NCBI GenBank assembly: GCA_964455085.1
Contig: CAYVYJ010000003.1
Coordinates: 7,364-71,363 of the forward strand
Direction: 5' to 3'
Source: an uncultured Planctomycetia bacterium
GTDB lineage: Bacteria; Omnitrophota; Gorgyraeia; Duberdicusellales; 4484-171
DNA length: 64,000 nt
In this document: one piece after another, positions 1 through 8,223 of the stretch
Numbering within the stretch: position 1 is the first letter of the stretch
Layout: each line of letters opens with the position of its first letter
Translations under genes and position numbers: made by a program
Notes under the pieces: generated by a model
Told to the model about the DNA's origin: nothing
The model's database searches: none
Seen by the model: the letters and a program-made list of their open reading frames with translations, nothing else

Positions 1-110
1 AAGGGGGGCAAAAAGTAAACAAGACCGCTAGTTGCGTCTATTTAAAACATCGACCAAGCGGCATCGAAGTAAAATGCCAACGTGAGCGTTCTCAAGCCTT
101 AAATAGGTTT

Positions 111-314
111 TTGGCCCGAAGAATTCTTGTCAATAAAATTGAAAATCGTATCTGCGGCCGATTATCTGCGGAGCAGAAGCGAATTGAGAAAATAAGAAGG
201 CAAAAACGTAAGCGCTCTAAGCGGTCCAAAGAGAAGCTGCAAAAAGATAAAGTAAAACGTAGCCAAAAGAAGATGGCGCGTTCTTATCGACCACATCCCG
301 AGGAGTTAAGTTGA
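111..314 (+). CDS. Hypothetical very basic Lys/Arg-rich small protein (67 aa); TTG start, coding status uncertain
   Basis: ORF with purine-rich low-complexity KR-rich translation and no recognisable domain; may be non-coding. Confidence 0.25.
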   Translation: MARRILVNKIENRICGRLSAEQKRIEKIRRQKRKRSKRSKEKLQKDKVKRSQKKMARSYRPHPEELS

Positions 315-387
315 TGAAATTGCGCATTTAATTGTATATGTTGAGAAATATGATAAAATAAGTGGCACAGGAAATGAGGTGGATAGC

Positions 388-768
388 ATGAGTTGGGATA
401 AAATTAACCGAAGACGATTCGTAAGGATAAAATTTCCGTTCACGATACATCTCTATTTTCCTCAAGAATCGCCAATCGCCGCGTACACTGAAAATATTAG
501 CGAAGGCGGCCTTAGGGTTACAATTCGCCGAGAACTTAAACTTTCATCTGTAGTTGATTTAGAAATTTACGTAAAATTAAGGCCAGTAAGATGTAAAGGA
601 AAAATTGCCTGGATAAAGAAGTGGGAGAGTAATTATCTTGAAGGTGAAGTTTTCTATGATATCGGATTGGAATTCCAGGGACTGACACCTGGGACTAAGA
701 GCGCAATTAAGGAGCGCCTAGATAGAATCGTAGAGGAAAGACGCAAGAAAGCACAAACCGGCCTTTAA
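388..768 (+). CDS. PilZ-domain c-di-GMP-binding protein
   Basis: RRRFVR (RxxxR) and NISEGG (D/NxSxGG) PilZ motifs; GAGGTGG RBS 6 nt upstream of the ATG at 388. Confidence 0.7.
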   Translation: MSWDKINRRRFVRIKFPFTIHLYFPQESPIAAYTENISEGGLRVTIRRELKLSSVVDLEIYVKLRPVRCKGKIAWIKKWESNYLEGEVFYDIGLEFQGLTPGTKSAIKERLDRIVEERRKKAQTGL

Positions 769-818
769 TCTGGTTTTCGACTTAGATACCTTACCACGAT
801 AATTATAATATTAAAACT

Positions 819-1742
819 ATGAGAAGGTTAAAAAGTGAATTGACTTGGTCATTTTCGAGAAGTCGTCTTTTTTGTGAATGTCGGCGCGCTTACTATTACC
901 ACTACTATGGATCTTGGGGTGGCTGGGAACCTTCTGCTGAGGAGTTAACGCGTCATGTCTACATTTTAAAAAACATTCGTAGTATTGATGCCTGGATCGG
1001 TGATATTGTTCATCAAGTTATTAAATGGGTCTTGGAGAGTAAAGTCGGAGACAATACAACTCTGTTCACGGAAGGCAGAGATATCCCATATGATGAAGCG
1101 AACGCGGCAGTTAAGAAATTATTAATGAAAACCTGGGAGCAGTCACGCAGCAAGGCCTGGAAGAGTAAGGTTAAAGACAATCTCAATCTATTTGAGCACT
1201 ACTACAGGTGTGAACTGGGTCGTAATCAGTTAAAGGTAAAATTAGAGAAAGTACGTAAGAGTATTGATAATTTTTATCACACCGGATTATTGGAAATATT
1301 TTCAAAGTTGCCCCGAGAAAATTTTTTGAGGATTGATCAGTTAGATAGTTTTGATTTTGAAGGAGTAAAGGTGTTTGCAGTTCCGGACTTTGCAGTTTCG
1401 GAGGGTGGCGAATATTTTCTCTATGATTGGAAAACCGGGAAGCAAAACGAAAAGGATATTTGGCAACTATCCTGTTATCAGTATTATGCCGTTAATAAGT
1501 GGGAGGTATCAGCGGAAAAGGTTAAAATAGTCCCGGTCTACCTGACCCAGGAAGAAACTTTGCCCTCACCGATTAAAGCACTGGAACTAGAAAAGGTAAA
1601 AGATTACATTCACCAGAGCTTAAAGAAGATGAGAGATATTCTCATTGATCCTAAGGAAAATATCGCCGACATTAATAATTGCCCTGAAACTACTGAGACC
1701 TGGCGCTGCAAAAACTGTAAATTCCAGGAAATTTGTCGCTAA
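819..1742 (+). CDS. PD-(D/E)XK nuclease, Cas4/AddB(RecB)-like with Fe-S cysteine cluster
   Basis: N-terminal Cys (CECRR), nuclease motifs VPDF...YDWKTGK (DYKTG-like), C-terminal Cys cluster C-x8-C-x2-C-x5-C; no CRISPR or other cas genes nearby. Confidence 0.6.
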   Translation: MRRLKSELTWSFSRSRLFCECRRAYYYHYYGSWGGWEPSAEELTRHVYILKNIRSIDAWIGDIVHQVIKWVLESKVGDNTTLFTEGRDIPYDEANAAVKKLLMKTWEQSRSKAWKSKVKDNLNLFEHYYRCELGRNQLKVKLEKVRKSIDNFYHTGLLEIFSKLPRENFLRIDQLDSFDFEGVKVFAVPDFAVSEGGEYFLYDWKTGKQNEKDIWQLSCYQYYAVNKWEVSAEKVKIVPVYLTQEETLPSPIKALELEKVKDYIHQSLKKMRDILIDPKENIADINNCPETTETWRCKNCKFQEICR

Positions 1743-1805
1743 GGGGTCGTTCTGGACTTAGCCAAAATGTGCTGAAGATACAGCTATACATTTCCCTTTT
1801 GTAGT

Positions 1806-3005
1806 ATGAAAAAATTTAAATACAAAGACTTATTTAAAAAATTGGGCTTACTCCTTGCATCCCTGGCTATACTGTTTGTTACCTTGGAATTATTAGCGCG
1901 GTTATTTGATGTCCCTCCATTGCCACCGCTACCTGGTTATTTTAAATTAGATTCTCAAAACAATCATTACCTAACGCCCAGCGGGAAAAGTTTTTTAAAA
2001 GATAAAGAAGATGGCACATTTCGCATATTTATTTTTGGCGGTTCGAGTATAGAGGCACAAAATTTTCAACTGCTCAGAGAATTATTGACTAAAGAATTCA
2101 CTTCAACGCATTTTGAGGTAATAAACGTTGGTATCAGCTCTTACGGAACAAATAGGATAGTGCCTTTTTTGGAAGAGGCGGCTAAATATAGTCCCGATTT
2201 ATTTATAATATATTCGGGCCACAATGAATTCTTGGAACTGTTTCTGCAAGAAAATATTTACGTTAATTCAATGCAATTCCTATATATTGTACATAAAAAA
2301 TTATCAGGATTTAGAGGGTATGCATTCGTATATCAAGTTTTTAATAAGCTCATGGCGAAGCCTGCCATGCAAATGATGGAACCTATTAGAAATATAGTGC
2401 AAATCTGTTGGACTAACCCATTGTCCGATGATAAAAGAGCTTCAATTTACAAACGCTATAAATCGAATATTTACGAAATGATTAATTTTACAATGGCAAA
2501 AAATATAGAGATAGCTATAAGCACGGTGGCGTATAATTATGTAGATGATAGATATGTTTCGCGACTATATTATAGCTCAAAACATAAAAACACCCAATAT
2601 TCTGAAAATCAGGTCGCTATTGAAAATGTATCTGATGAAGAAGTGCTCGAATTAGCTAATAATCCAAAAAAAGACCCTTATATAGAAAACCGCTTAGGAA
2701 AATACTATTTTAAAAAACAGGATTATAATAAGGCCGCGGAATATTTTGTAAATGCTGCACGAGTTGATTTTCAGCCATTTAGAGCAAATGACACTACAAA
2801 CAGTATAATTAGAAACATTTCGAATGATTTGAATATTCTACTCGCGGATGTGGAGCAAGTGATAATCCAGCACTCTAATCATATGATTCCCGATTTTAAA
2901 TTATTCGATGATTGGTGCCATTTAAATAGAGAGGGTAATAGGCTGATGCAGATTACGTTTTTCAACACAATTAAAGAATCCAATAGGTTAAGGTTAAATG
3001 AATAA
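1806..3005 (+). CDS. Membrane-anchored SGNH/GDSL-like hydrolase family protein
   Basis: N-terminal TM helix; GGSSI block I, SGHNEF block, C-terminal DDWCHLN (DxxH-like) block; visibly AT-rich. Confidence 0.45.
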   Translation: MKKFKYKDLFKKLGLLLASLAILFVTLELLARLFDVPPLPPLPGYFKLDSQNNHYLTPSGKSFLKDKEDGTFRIFIFGGSSIEAQNFQLLRELLTKEFTSTHFEVINVGISSYGTNRIVPFLEEAAKYSPDLFIIYSGHNEFLELFLQENIYVNSMQFLYIVHKKLSGFRGYAFVYQVFNKLMAKPAMQMMEPIRNIVQICWTNPLSDDKRASIYKRYKSNIYEMINFTMAKNIEIAISTVAYNYVDDRYVSRLYYSSKHKNTQYSENQVAIENVSDEEVLELANNPKKDPYIENRLGKYYFKKQDYNKAAEYFVNAARVDFQPFRANDTTNSIIRNISNDLNILLADVEQVIIQHSNHMIPDFKLFDDWCHLNREGNRLMQITFFNTIKESNRLRLNE

Positions 3006-3285
3006 AAAACAATTAATAGTTGCTTGTGTGAGTGTTATTTTATTAGCGATATTTTTAGGATTGAAGACAGGTTTAGTATGGACAACAGTGGTCTCTCAGC
3101 CCGGCCATATTACTAACTCGCGGCATGCAGCACTTTTCTTATACGGCAATCTATTGTTTAGCTCCGATAGCTTTGATTGCCCCAACTTTTTGTGTCCTCT
3201 CTGCGGCTACAAGTATCAGATTATAATCAGCATTCTAACTATAGGTGGTTTATTAATCTATACCTTAAGGAATAAGAAGGAATGA
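2998..3285 (+). CDS. Small Cys-rich membrane protein, hypothetical
   Basis: Two predicted hydrophobic helices; start overlaps the previous stop. Confidence 0.3.
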   Translation: MNKKQLIVACVSVILLAIFLGLKTGLVWTTVVSQPGHITNSRHAALFLYGNLLFSSDSFDCPNFLCPLCGYKYQIIISILTIGGLLIYTLRNKKE

Positions 3286-3369
3286 AATCCCCATTCCTAT
3301 TGCAAAAAAACAAAACGGTGATATACTACAGTTTCTAGAACACCTTGAAAATAAGGAAGATTTAACATT

Positions 3370-3443
3370 GCGCCCGTGGCCCAATTGGATAGGGCGTTTG
3401 GCTACGGACCAGAAGGCTGCAGGTTCGAGTCCTGCCGGGCGCA
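3370..3443 (+). tRNA. tRNA-Arg (anticodon ACG)
   Basis: Cloverleaf: acceptor GCGCCCG/CGGGCGC, D-arm GCCC..GGGC, anticodon loop CTACGGA, T-arm GCAGG-TTCGAGT-CCTGC, discriminator A. Confidence 0.9.
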
Positions 3444-3582
3444 TAGTTTTATTTCTTTTAATATGTCCCTCGTCGCAGGAGATGCTGGGTAAATATCGAA
3501 GAGATTTACCCAGGGCGACTTCGGGATCAATTCAACTACAGTCCGCCAAAGGCGGACTAAGTTCATTGAAGGGGGTAGTCAG

Positions 3583-4056
3583 ATGAAGGTAGTAGTTATT
3601 TATTACTCGCGAGGCGGAACAACCAAGAAGATGGCCGATATAATTGCTGCTCAAATAAAGAAAAACGGCGTGAGTGTCGATATTCTTCCGGTATCAGAAA
3701 TAGAGGCTAAGCAATTACTAGAATATGACGGTATAATTGTCGGTTCTCCTACTTACTATGGAACTTTAGCTGCCCAGATAAAAGAATTATTCGATAAGAG
3801 TGTAGCCTTTCACGGCGAATTAGACGGAAAAATCGGGGCAGCCTTTTCTTCGGCCGCAAATTTAGCCGGTGGAAACGAAACTACAATTTTGAGCATCCTC
3901 GAAGCAATGCTAATCCACGGGATGATCATCCAAGGTGATTATAAAGGTGACCACTACGGTCCGGTAGCAGTAGGTAGTGTGGATGAACGTTGCAGGACTA
4001 ATTGCCAGCGCTACGCCGAAAGATTTGTTAAATTGCTTAAGGAGGTACGATCCTAA
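3583..4056 (+). CDS. Flavodoxin-family protein (WrbA/multimeric flavodoxin-like)
   Basis: VVIYYSRGGTTKKMA N-terminus, SPTYYG motif; GGGGG RBS. Confidence 0.65.
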   Translation: MKVVVIYYSRGGTTKKMADIIAAQIKKNGVSVDILPVSEIEAKQLLEYDGIIVGSPTYYGTLAAQIKELFDKSVAFHGELDGKIGAAFSSAANLAGGNETTILSILEAMLIHGMIIQGDYKGDHYGPVAVGSVDERCRTNCQRYAERFVKLLKEVRS

Positions 4057-4057
4057 A

Positions 4058-4369
4058 ATGATATTAGTAGTTTTGGTTACGGTGCCACAGGAGGAAGCAA
4101 AAACATTAGCCAAAATACTTTTAGAAAAAAGATTATCAGCTTGTGTCAATATTATAAAAGGCCTGGAGTCATTTTTCTGGTGGCAGGGTAAAATTGATAC
4201 CGAAAAAGAATCGCTTTTGATTATTAAAACAACCAATTCTGCTTTTGGGGCACTTAAAAAAGCTATCGTTGAGAATCATTCTTATGAAGTTCCGGAAATA
4301 ATTGCTTTTTGCGTCGACAAGCTGAACCAAGAGTATCAGCAATGGCTGGAAAAGGAAGTGCATGTTTAA
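4058..4369 (+). CDS. cutA: Divalent-cation tolerance protein CutA
   Basis: CutA1-like sequence (ILVVLVTVPQ...SYEVPEII); GGAGG RBS; starts 1 nt after the flavodoxin stop. Confidence 0.7.
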   Translation: MILVVLVTVPQEEAKTLAKILLEKRLSACVNIIKGLESFFWWQGKIDTEKESLLIIKTTNSAFGALKKAIVENHSYEVPEIIAFCVDKLNQEYQQWLEKEVHV

Positions 4370-5066
4370 AGAATGGCTTATCAGTTTGGGAAACTTTTTT
4401 GTACCCTCGACTTTTCTGGGTCTGGGTGCAAGTTTCCTTGCCGGAGTCCTGGCCAGCTTTTCTCCTTGCATTCTGCCTTTAATTCCGATTACATTAGGTA
4501 TTGTCGGTGCAGTATCCGCGTCGACTAGACTGCGTGGCTTTTTGGTAAGCCTAATTTTTGTCTCAGGAGTAGCCGTAGTTTACACTGCTTTGGGGATAAC
4601 TTCAACTTTGTTTGGTATCTTGTGGGGAAAATTTTTTATTAACCCCGTAACCTACTTAGTTTTAGCAATTGTCTTTTTTATTTTAAGTGCTTCTGCTTTT
4701 GGGTTGATTAGATTAAACCTGCCGGTTTCAACTGGTTCGACCTATAGAGCCGGGAAGAGCCTTATCTCGATTTTTATCCTCGGGATGATTAGCGCTTTTG
4801 CGCTTATCCCTTGTAATTTTCCGGTCTTTGGCGCCATCTTAAGTTTGATCGCTGTCAAAGGAAACATCCTTTATGGGGGGTTGGCGCTTTTTCTTTTTGC
4901 CTTTGGCCAGGGAATGCTCTTGATCATATTAGGTACCAGTACTTCCTTAATTCAACGATTGCCAAAGCAAAGTTTAGGGTTTATAATTATACACAAATGT
5001 ATAGGGTTAATTCTGGCAACACTGGGAGTATACTTTGCGGTAAGATTTATATCTTTGTTAGGATGA
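4362..5066 (+). CDS. ccdA: Cytochrome c-type biogenesis / thiol-disulfide electron transporter CcdA (DsbD core family)
   Basis: Polytopic membrane protein with SPC and PCNFP cysteine motifs; overlaps the cutA stop. Confidence 0.7.
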   Translation: MFKEWLISLGNFFVPSTFLGLGASFLAGVLASFSPCILPLIPITLGIVGAVSASTRLRGFLVSLIFVSGVAVVYTALGITSTLFGILWGKFFINPVTYLVLAIVFFILSASAFGLIRLNLPVSTGSTYRAGKSLISIFILGMISAFALIPCNFPVFGAILSLIAVKGNILYGGLALFLFAFGQGMLLIILGTSTSLIQRLPKQSLGFIIIHKCIGLILATLGVYFAVRFISLLG

Positions 5067-5515
5067 AAAAAATTATTCTTCTCTTAAGTCTATTCTGTCT
5101 TTCCTTCTCCTGTTTGGCTGCCGAAAAGAAATTCTCCACCCTGGAAGGTGAAACTATTTCCTATGAAAAAATAATTGCCCAGCCAAAGTCAATTCTCTTT
5201 ATCTGGGCTACCTGGTGTCCTAGTTGCCGTCGTGAACTTACCAAGCTTTTTCAAAAGCGTATATTTTTCGAGGGGGTTGACGTCTGGTATGTAAATACCG
5301 GCGAGAGTAAGTCGATAGTGGATGAATTTGTCAAGGTTAAAAAAATAACCGATTCCGTAAAGAAAAAAATTATCTGCGATAAAAAAAGCCGCATTGCTAA
5401 TAAATTCTCAGTTGCAGCCATCCCTACCTATCTTTTCTTCAAAGACAGCGAGCTTGTTTTCAAATCCTACTTTCTTAATGATAATGTACTAAAAAAAGCT
5501 TTTGGCAGCCAGTAG
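5063..5515 (+). CDS. Thioredoxin-fold thiol:disulfide oxidoreductase (TlpA/ResA-like), secreted
   Basis: Signal peptide; WATWCPSCRRE (WCxxC) active site; ATGA overlap with the ccdA stop. Confidence 0.7.
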   Translation: MKKIILLLSLFCLSFSCLAAEKKFSTLEGETISYEKIIAQPKSILFIWATWCPSCRRELTKLFQKRIFFEGVDVWYVNTGESKSIVDEFVKVKKITDSVKKKIICDKKSRIANKFSVAAIPTYLFFKDSELVFKSYFLNDNVLKKAFGSQ

Positions 5516-5604
5516 AGGAGTTTGGCCGATCAATGCTTAATTTCCTCTAAACGCAAACCCTGCTAATAGTTTCTGTCTCAGCTGCTATCCGACCTAGCTT
5601 TTCG

Positions 5605-5633
5605 TTGACACCCCTAACTTTTTATGATAATTT
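5605..5633 (+). promoter_or_regulatory. Putative sigma70 promoter of proC (TTGACA-N17-TAATTT, TGa extended -10)
   Basis: Hexamers read directly in the proC upstream region. Confidence 0.35.
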
Positions 5634-5644
5634 AATCACCACTT

Positions 5645-6463
5645 ATGAGTCAAAGAAGAAAAGTCGGTATTATTGGTGTGGGTAATATGGGCTGGGCGAT
5701 TGCAAAGGCCCTGGCAGAAAAAACCCAGTATCAAGTTTTTGTTTACGACAAAGATCCTTTAAAAACCCGCAAACCGGAAAAATTTTCTGTCGTAGGAAGT
5801 ACTTCCAAGTTAATTGCAGCGACTAGCCTAGTAATTCTGGCTATAAAACCTCAGGATATCACCACCTTTCTGGCCCAGAATAAACAATATTTGTTAAGGA
5901 AAAAACCTCTTTTAGTCACGATTGCTGCCGGAATCTCCTTAGAATGGCTTGAGAAACAACTAAAAGGTTTAAGCCTAATAAGGATTATGCCCAATCTCGC
6001 AGCAAGGGTAAGAAAGTCATTCTCGTTTGTTTCCGGAGGCAGATTTACTAAAAAGAAAGATCTCTGCACGGTAAAACAAATTTTTAGCCATATCGGGGAG
6101 GTTGTTATGATTAAAGAGAAATACCTAGATAAGGTTACTGCGGTTACTGGTAGTGGTCCAGGTTATGTCTTTTACTTTATGGAATCAATGTATCAAGGTG
6201 CTCTAAAGTTAGGTTTCAGCAAGAGGAAAGCCAAAAAAATGGTAATCCAAACTTTCTTAGGAGCGATAAAGTTAGCCCAAGTTTCCCAGCAGGAGTTTAA
6301 AACATTAATTAAAGGGGTTACTTCTAAAAAAGGAACCACCGAAGCTGCTCTGAAGGTTTTTAAGTGTTGCCATCTTGATCGAGCCATTGTCAAAGGCATG
6401 AATCATGCTTACAGAAGAGCCAGCGAAATTTCAAACAAACTTGTTAAAAACAAAAAGAGGTAA
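5645..6463 (+). CDS. proC: Pyrroline-5-carboxylate reductase
   Basis: KVGIIGVGNMGWAIAKAL Rossmann N-terminus and P5CR-like C-terminal region. Confidence 0.8.
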   Translation: MSQRRKVGIIGVGNMGWAIAKALAEKTQYQVFVYDKDPLKTRKPEKFSVVGSTSKLIAATSLVILAIKPQDITTFLAQNKQYLLRKKPLLVTIAAGISLEWLEKQLKGLSLIRIMPNLAARVRKSFSFVSGGRFTKKKDLCTVKQIFSHIGEVVMIKEKYLDKVTAVTGSGPGYVFYFMESMYQGALKLGFSKRKAKKMVIQTFLGAIKLAQVSQQEFKTLIKGVTSKKGTTEAALKVFKCCHLDRAIVKGMNHAYRRASEISNKLVKNKKR

Positions 6464-6465
6464 TT

Positions 6466-7326
6466 ATGGGAAAAATCGGAATAATCGGGGGAAGCGGTCT
6501 CTATGGCTTAGAAGGGATTAAAGAAAAAGAGGAAGTCGCAATCAATACACCTTACGGTGCGCCTTCGGACCGCTTTTTTATCAGTGAATTAGAGGGTAAA
6601 GAGGTAGTTTTTCTTCCCCGTCATGGTAAGCATCATCAATTTAATCCTTCTTCTATCAACTACCGAGCAAACATTTACGGGATGAAGAAGCTGGGCGTTG
6701 AAAAACTTATATCACTTACCGCATGCGGCTCATTAAAAGAAAGATATCAACCTATGGACTTTGTAATTCCGTTACAGTTTGTCGACAGGACTAATCAAGC
6801 CAGAAAATATACCTTTTTCGACCAAGGAGTTACTGTCCATATTGGGTTTGCTCACCCAGTCTGCCTTGATTTAGCTGGACAGTTAAAACAGGCTGCCGAG
6901 AATGTGGGGGTAACCACCCATTACGGCGGTACTTATCTTAATATGGAAGGGCCGCAGTTTTCTACATTAGCCGAATCAAACCTCTATCGTAGTTGGGGAA
7001 TGGATATTATCGGAATGACCAATATGGCCGAGGCTCGACTAGCCCGGGAGGCTGAGATTTGTTATGTAAGTTTAGCCGCTGTTACTGATTATGACTGCTG
7101 GCATCCGGACCATGACAACGTAACTCTCGATATAATATTAAATAATCTCAAGAATAATGTGGCTAATTCAAAAAAGATACTTACAGAATTTATATCTCTG
7201 GTAACTGACCAACGAAATTGCGGTCATCAGGAGGCTTTGAGGCAGGCAATAGTTACAAGACCTGAGTATATCCCAGCGGAAATTAAGAAAAAATTAGACA
7301 TTATCCTCAGTAAGTACCTAAAATGA
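6466..7326 (+). CDS. mtnP: S-methyl-5'-thioadenosine phosphorylase (PNP family)
   Basis: MGKIGIIGGSGLY...TPYG...FLPRHG PNP/MTAP signature. Confidence 0.8.
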   Translation: MGKIGIIGGSGLYGLEGIKEKEEVAINTPYGAPSDRFFISELEGKEVVFLPRHGKHHQFNPSSINYRANIYGMKKLGVEKLISLTACGSLKERYQPMDFVIPLQFVDRTNQARKYTFFDQGVTVHIGFAHPVCLDLAGQLKQAAENVGVTTHYGGTYLNMEGPQFSTLAESNLYRSWGMDIIGMTNMAEARLAREAEICYVSLAAVTDYDCWHPDHDNVTLDIILNNLKNNVANSKKILTEFISLVTDQRNCGHQEALRQAIVTRPEYIPAEIKKKLDIILSKYLK

Positions 7327-8222
7327 GCGTTTTGGTAGTAGGTTCAATCGGTTTAGATACAATAACCACTCCTTTTGGCAAAGAGAAAAATATCCTTGGC
7401 GGTTCAGCAATTTATTCAGCGATAAGTGCCAAGGTATTCAGCGAAGTTAATTTAGTCGCAGTAGTGGGAAAAGATTTTCCCAGGAAATACATCAATCTAC
7501 TCAAGAAAAAGGGAGTGGATTTAAAAGGTTTAAGGAAGGAACAGGGAAAAACTTTTCGCTGGGAAGGCGAGTATGGCTGGGATTTTTCAAACCCCCGGAC
7601 AATATCTACTGATTTAAACGTTTTTGCCAAGTTTGACCCTGAAATCCCTTCCGCTTACCAAAAGAGTGAATATGTATTTTTAGCTAATATTGATCCTCAA
7701 ATCCAAGCCAAAGTTTTAAACCAGGTAAGCCGGCCAAAAATAGTTGCTTGCGATACCATGAATTATTGGATCGAGAACAAGCTAAAAGCTCTGCTAAAAC
7801 TTCTTAGACGAGTAGATATTTTCCTGCTTAATGAATCGGAAGCCAAGGAATTGACCCAGGAAGTCAATCTGATTAAAGCCGGTAAAAAAGTGCTTAAGTT
7901 AGGTCCCCGGATAGTGATTATAAAAAAGGGTGAACACGGTGTACTTTTATTTGCCCAGAAACATGTTTTTGTCACCCCGGCATATTTACTTGAATCGGTA
8001 TATGATCCTACCGGAGCCGGAGACACTTTCGCCGGTGGATTTATTGGTTATCTGGCGAAATGCCAGCGCTTAAACCAACAAGCCTTAAGAGAAGCGGTTG
8101 TCTACGGGACTATAATGGCCACTTTTGCAGTAGAGGACTTCAGTTTAAGGCGCTTAAAGTCAGTAAGTTTTGTTGATGTCCGCAAGCGACTAAAAGAATT
8201 TAAAAAATTTACTCATTTTTAG
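7323..8222 (+). CDS. PfkB-family (ribokinase-like) sugar/nucleoside kinase
   Basis: DPTGAGDTFAGGFIGYL ribokinase signature; translationally coupled to mtnP. Confidence 0.7.
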   Translation: MSVLVVGSIGLDTITTPFGKEKNILGGSAIYSAISAKVFSEVNLVAVVGKDFPRKYINLLKKKGVDLKGLRKEQGKTFRWEGEYGWDFSNPRTISTDLNVFAKFDPEIPSAYQKSEYVFLANIDPQIQAKVLNQVSRPKIVACDTMNYWIENKLKALLKLLRRVDIFLLNESEAKELTQEVNLIKAGKKVLKLGPRIVIIKKGEHGVLLFAQKHVFVTPAYLLESVYDPTGAGDTFAGGFIGYLAKCQRLNQQALREAVVYGTIMATFAVEDFSLRRLKSVSFVDVRKRLKEFKKFTHF

Positions 8223-8223
8223 A

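Noticed and set aside
3444-3582. FMN riboswitch upstream of the flavodoxin gene
   Set aside because: Hairpins are present, but I could not find the conserved FMN-element motifs. It is reported as an unclassified structured leader instead.
3368-3586. 72-aa plus-strand ORF in the ORF track
   Set aside because: It lies on top of tRNA-Arg (3370..3443) and the hairpin-rich spacer. Its translation is low-complexity and it has no RBS. It is spurious.
3910-4471. Minus-strand ORFs 3910..4236 and 4169..4471
   Set aside because: They are antisense to the well-supported flavodoxin, cutA and ccdA genes and have no domains. These are typical shadow ORFs. The same reasoning applies to the other short antisense or alternate-frame ORFs inside ileS, valS, groEL, fba, ilvD, purN and others.
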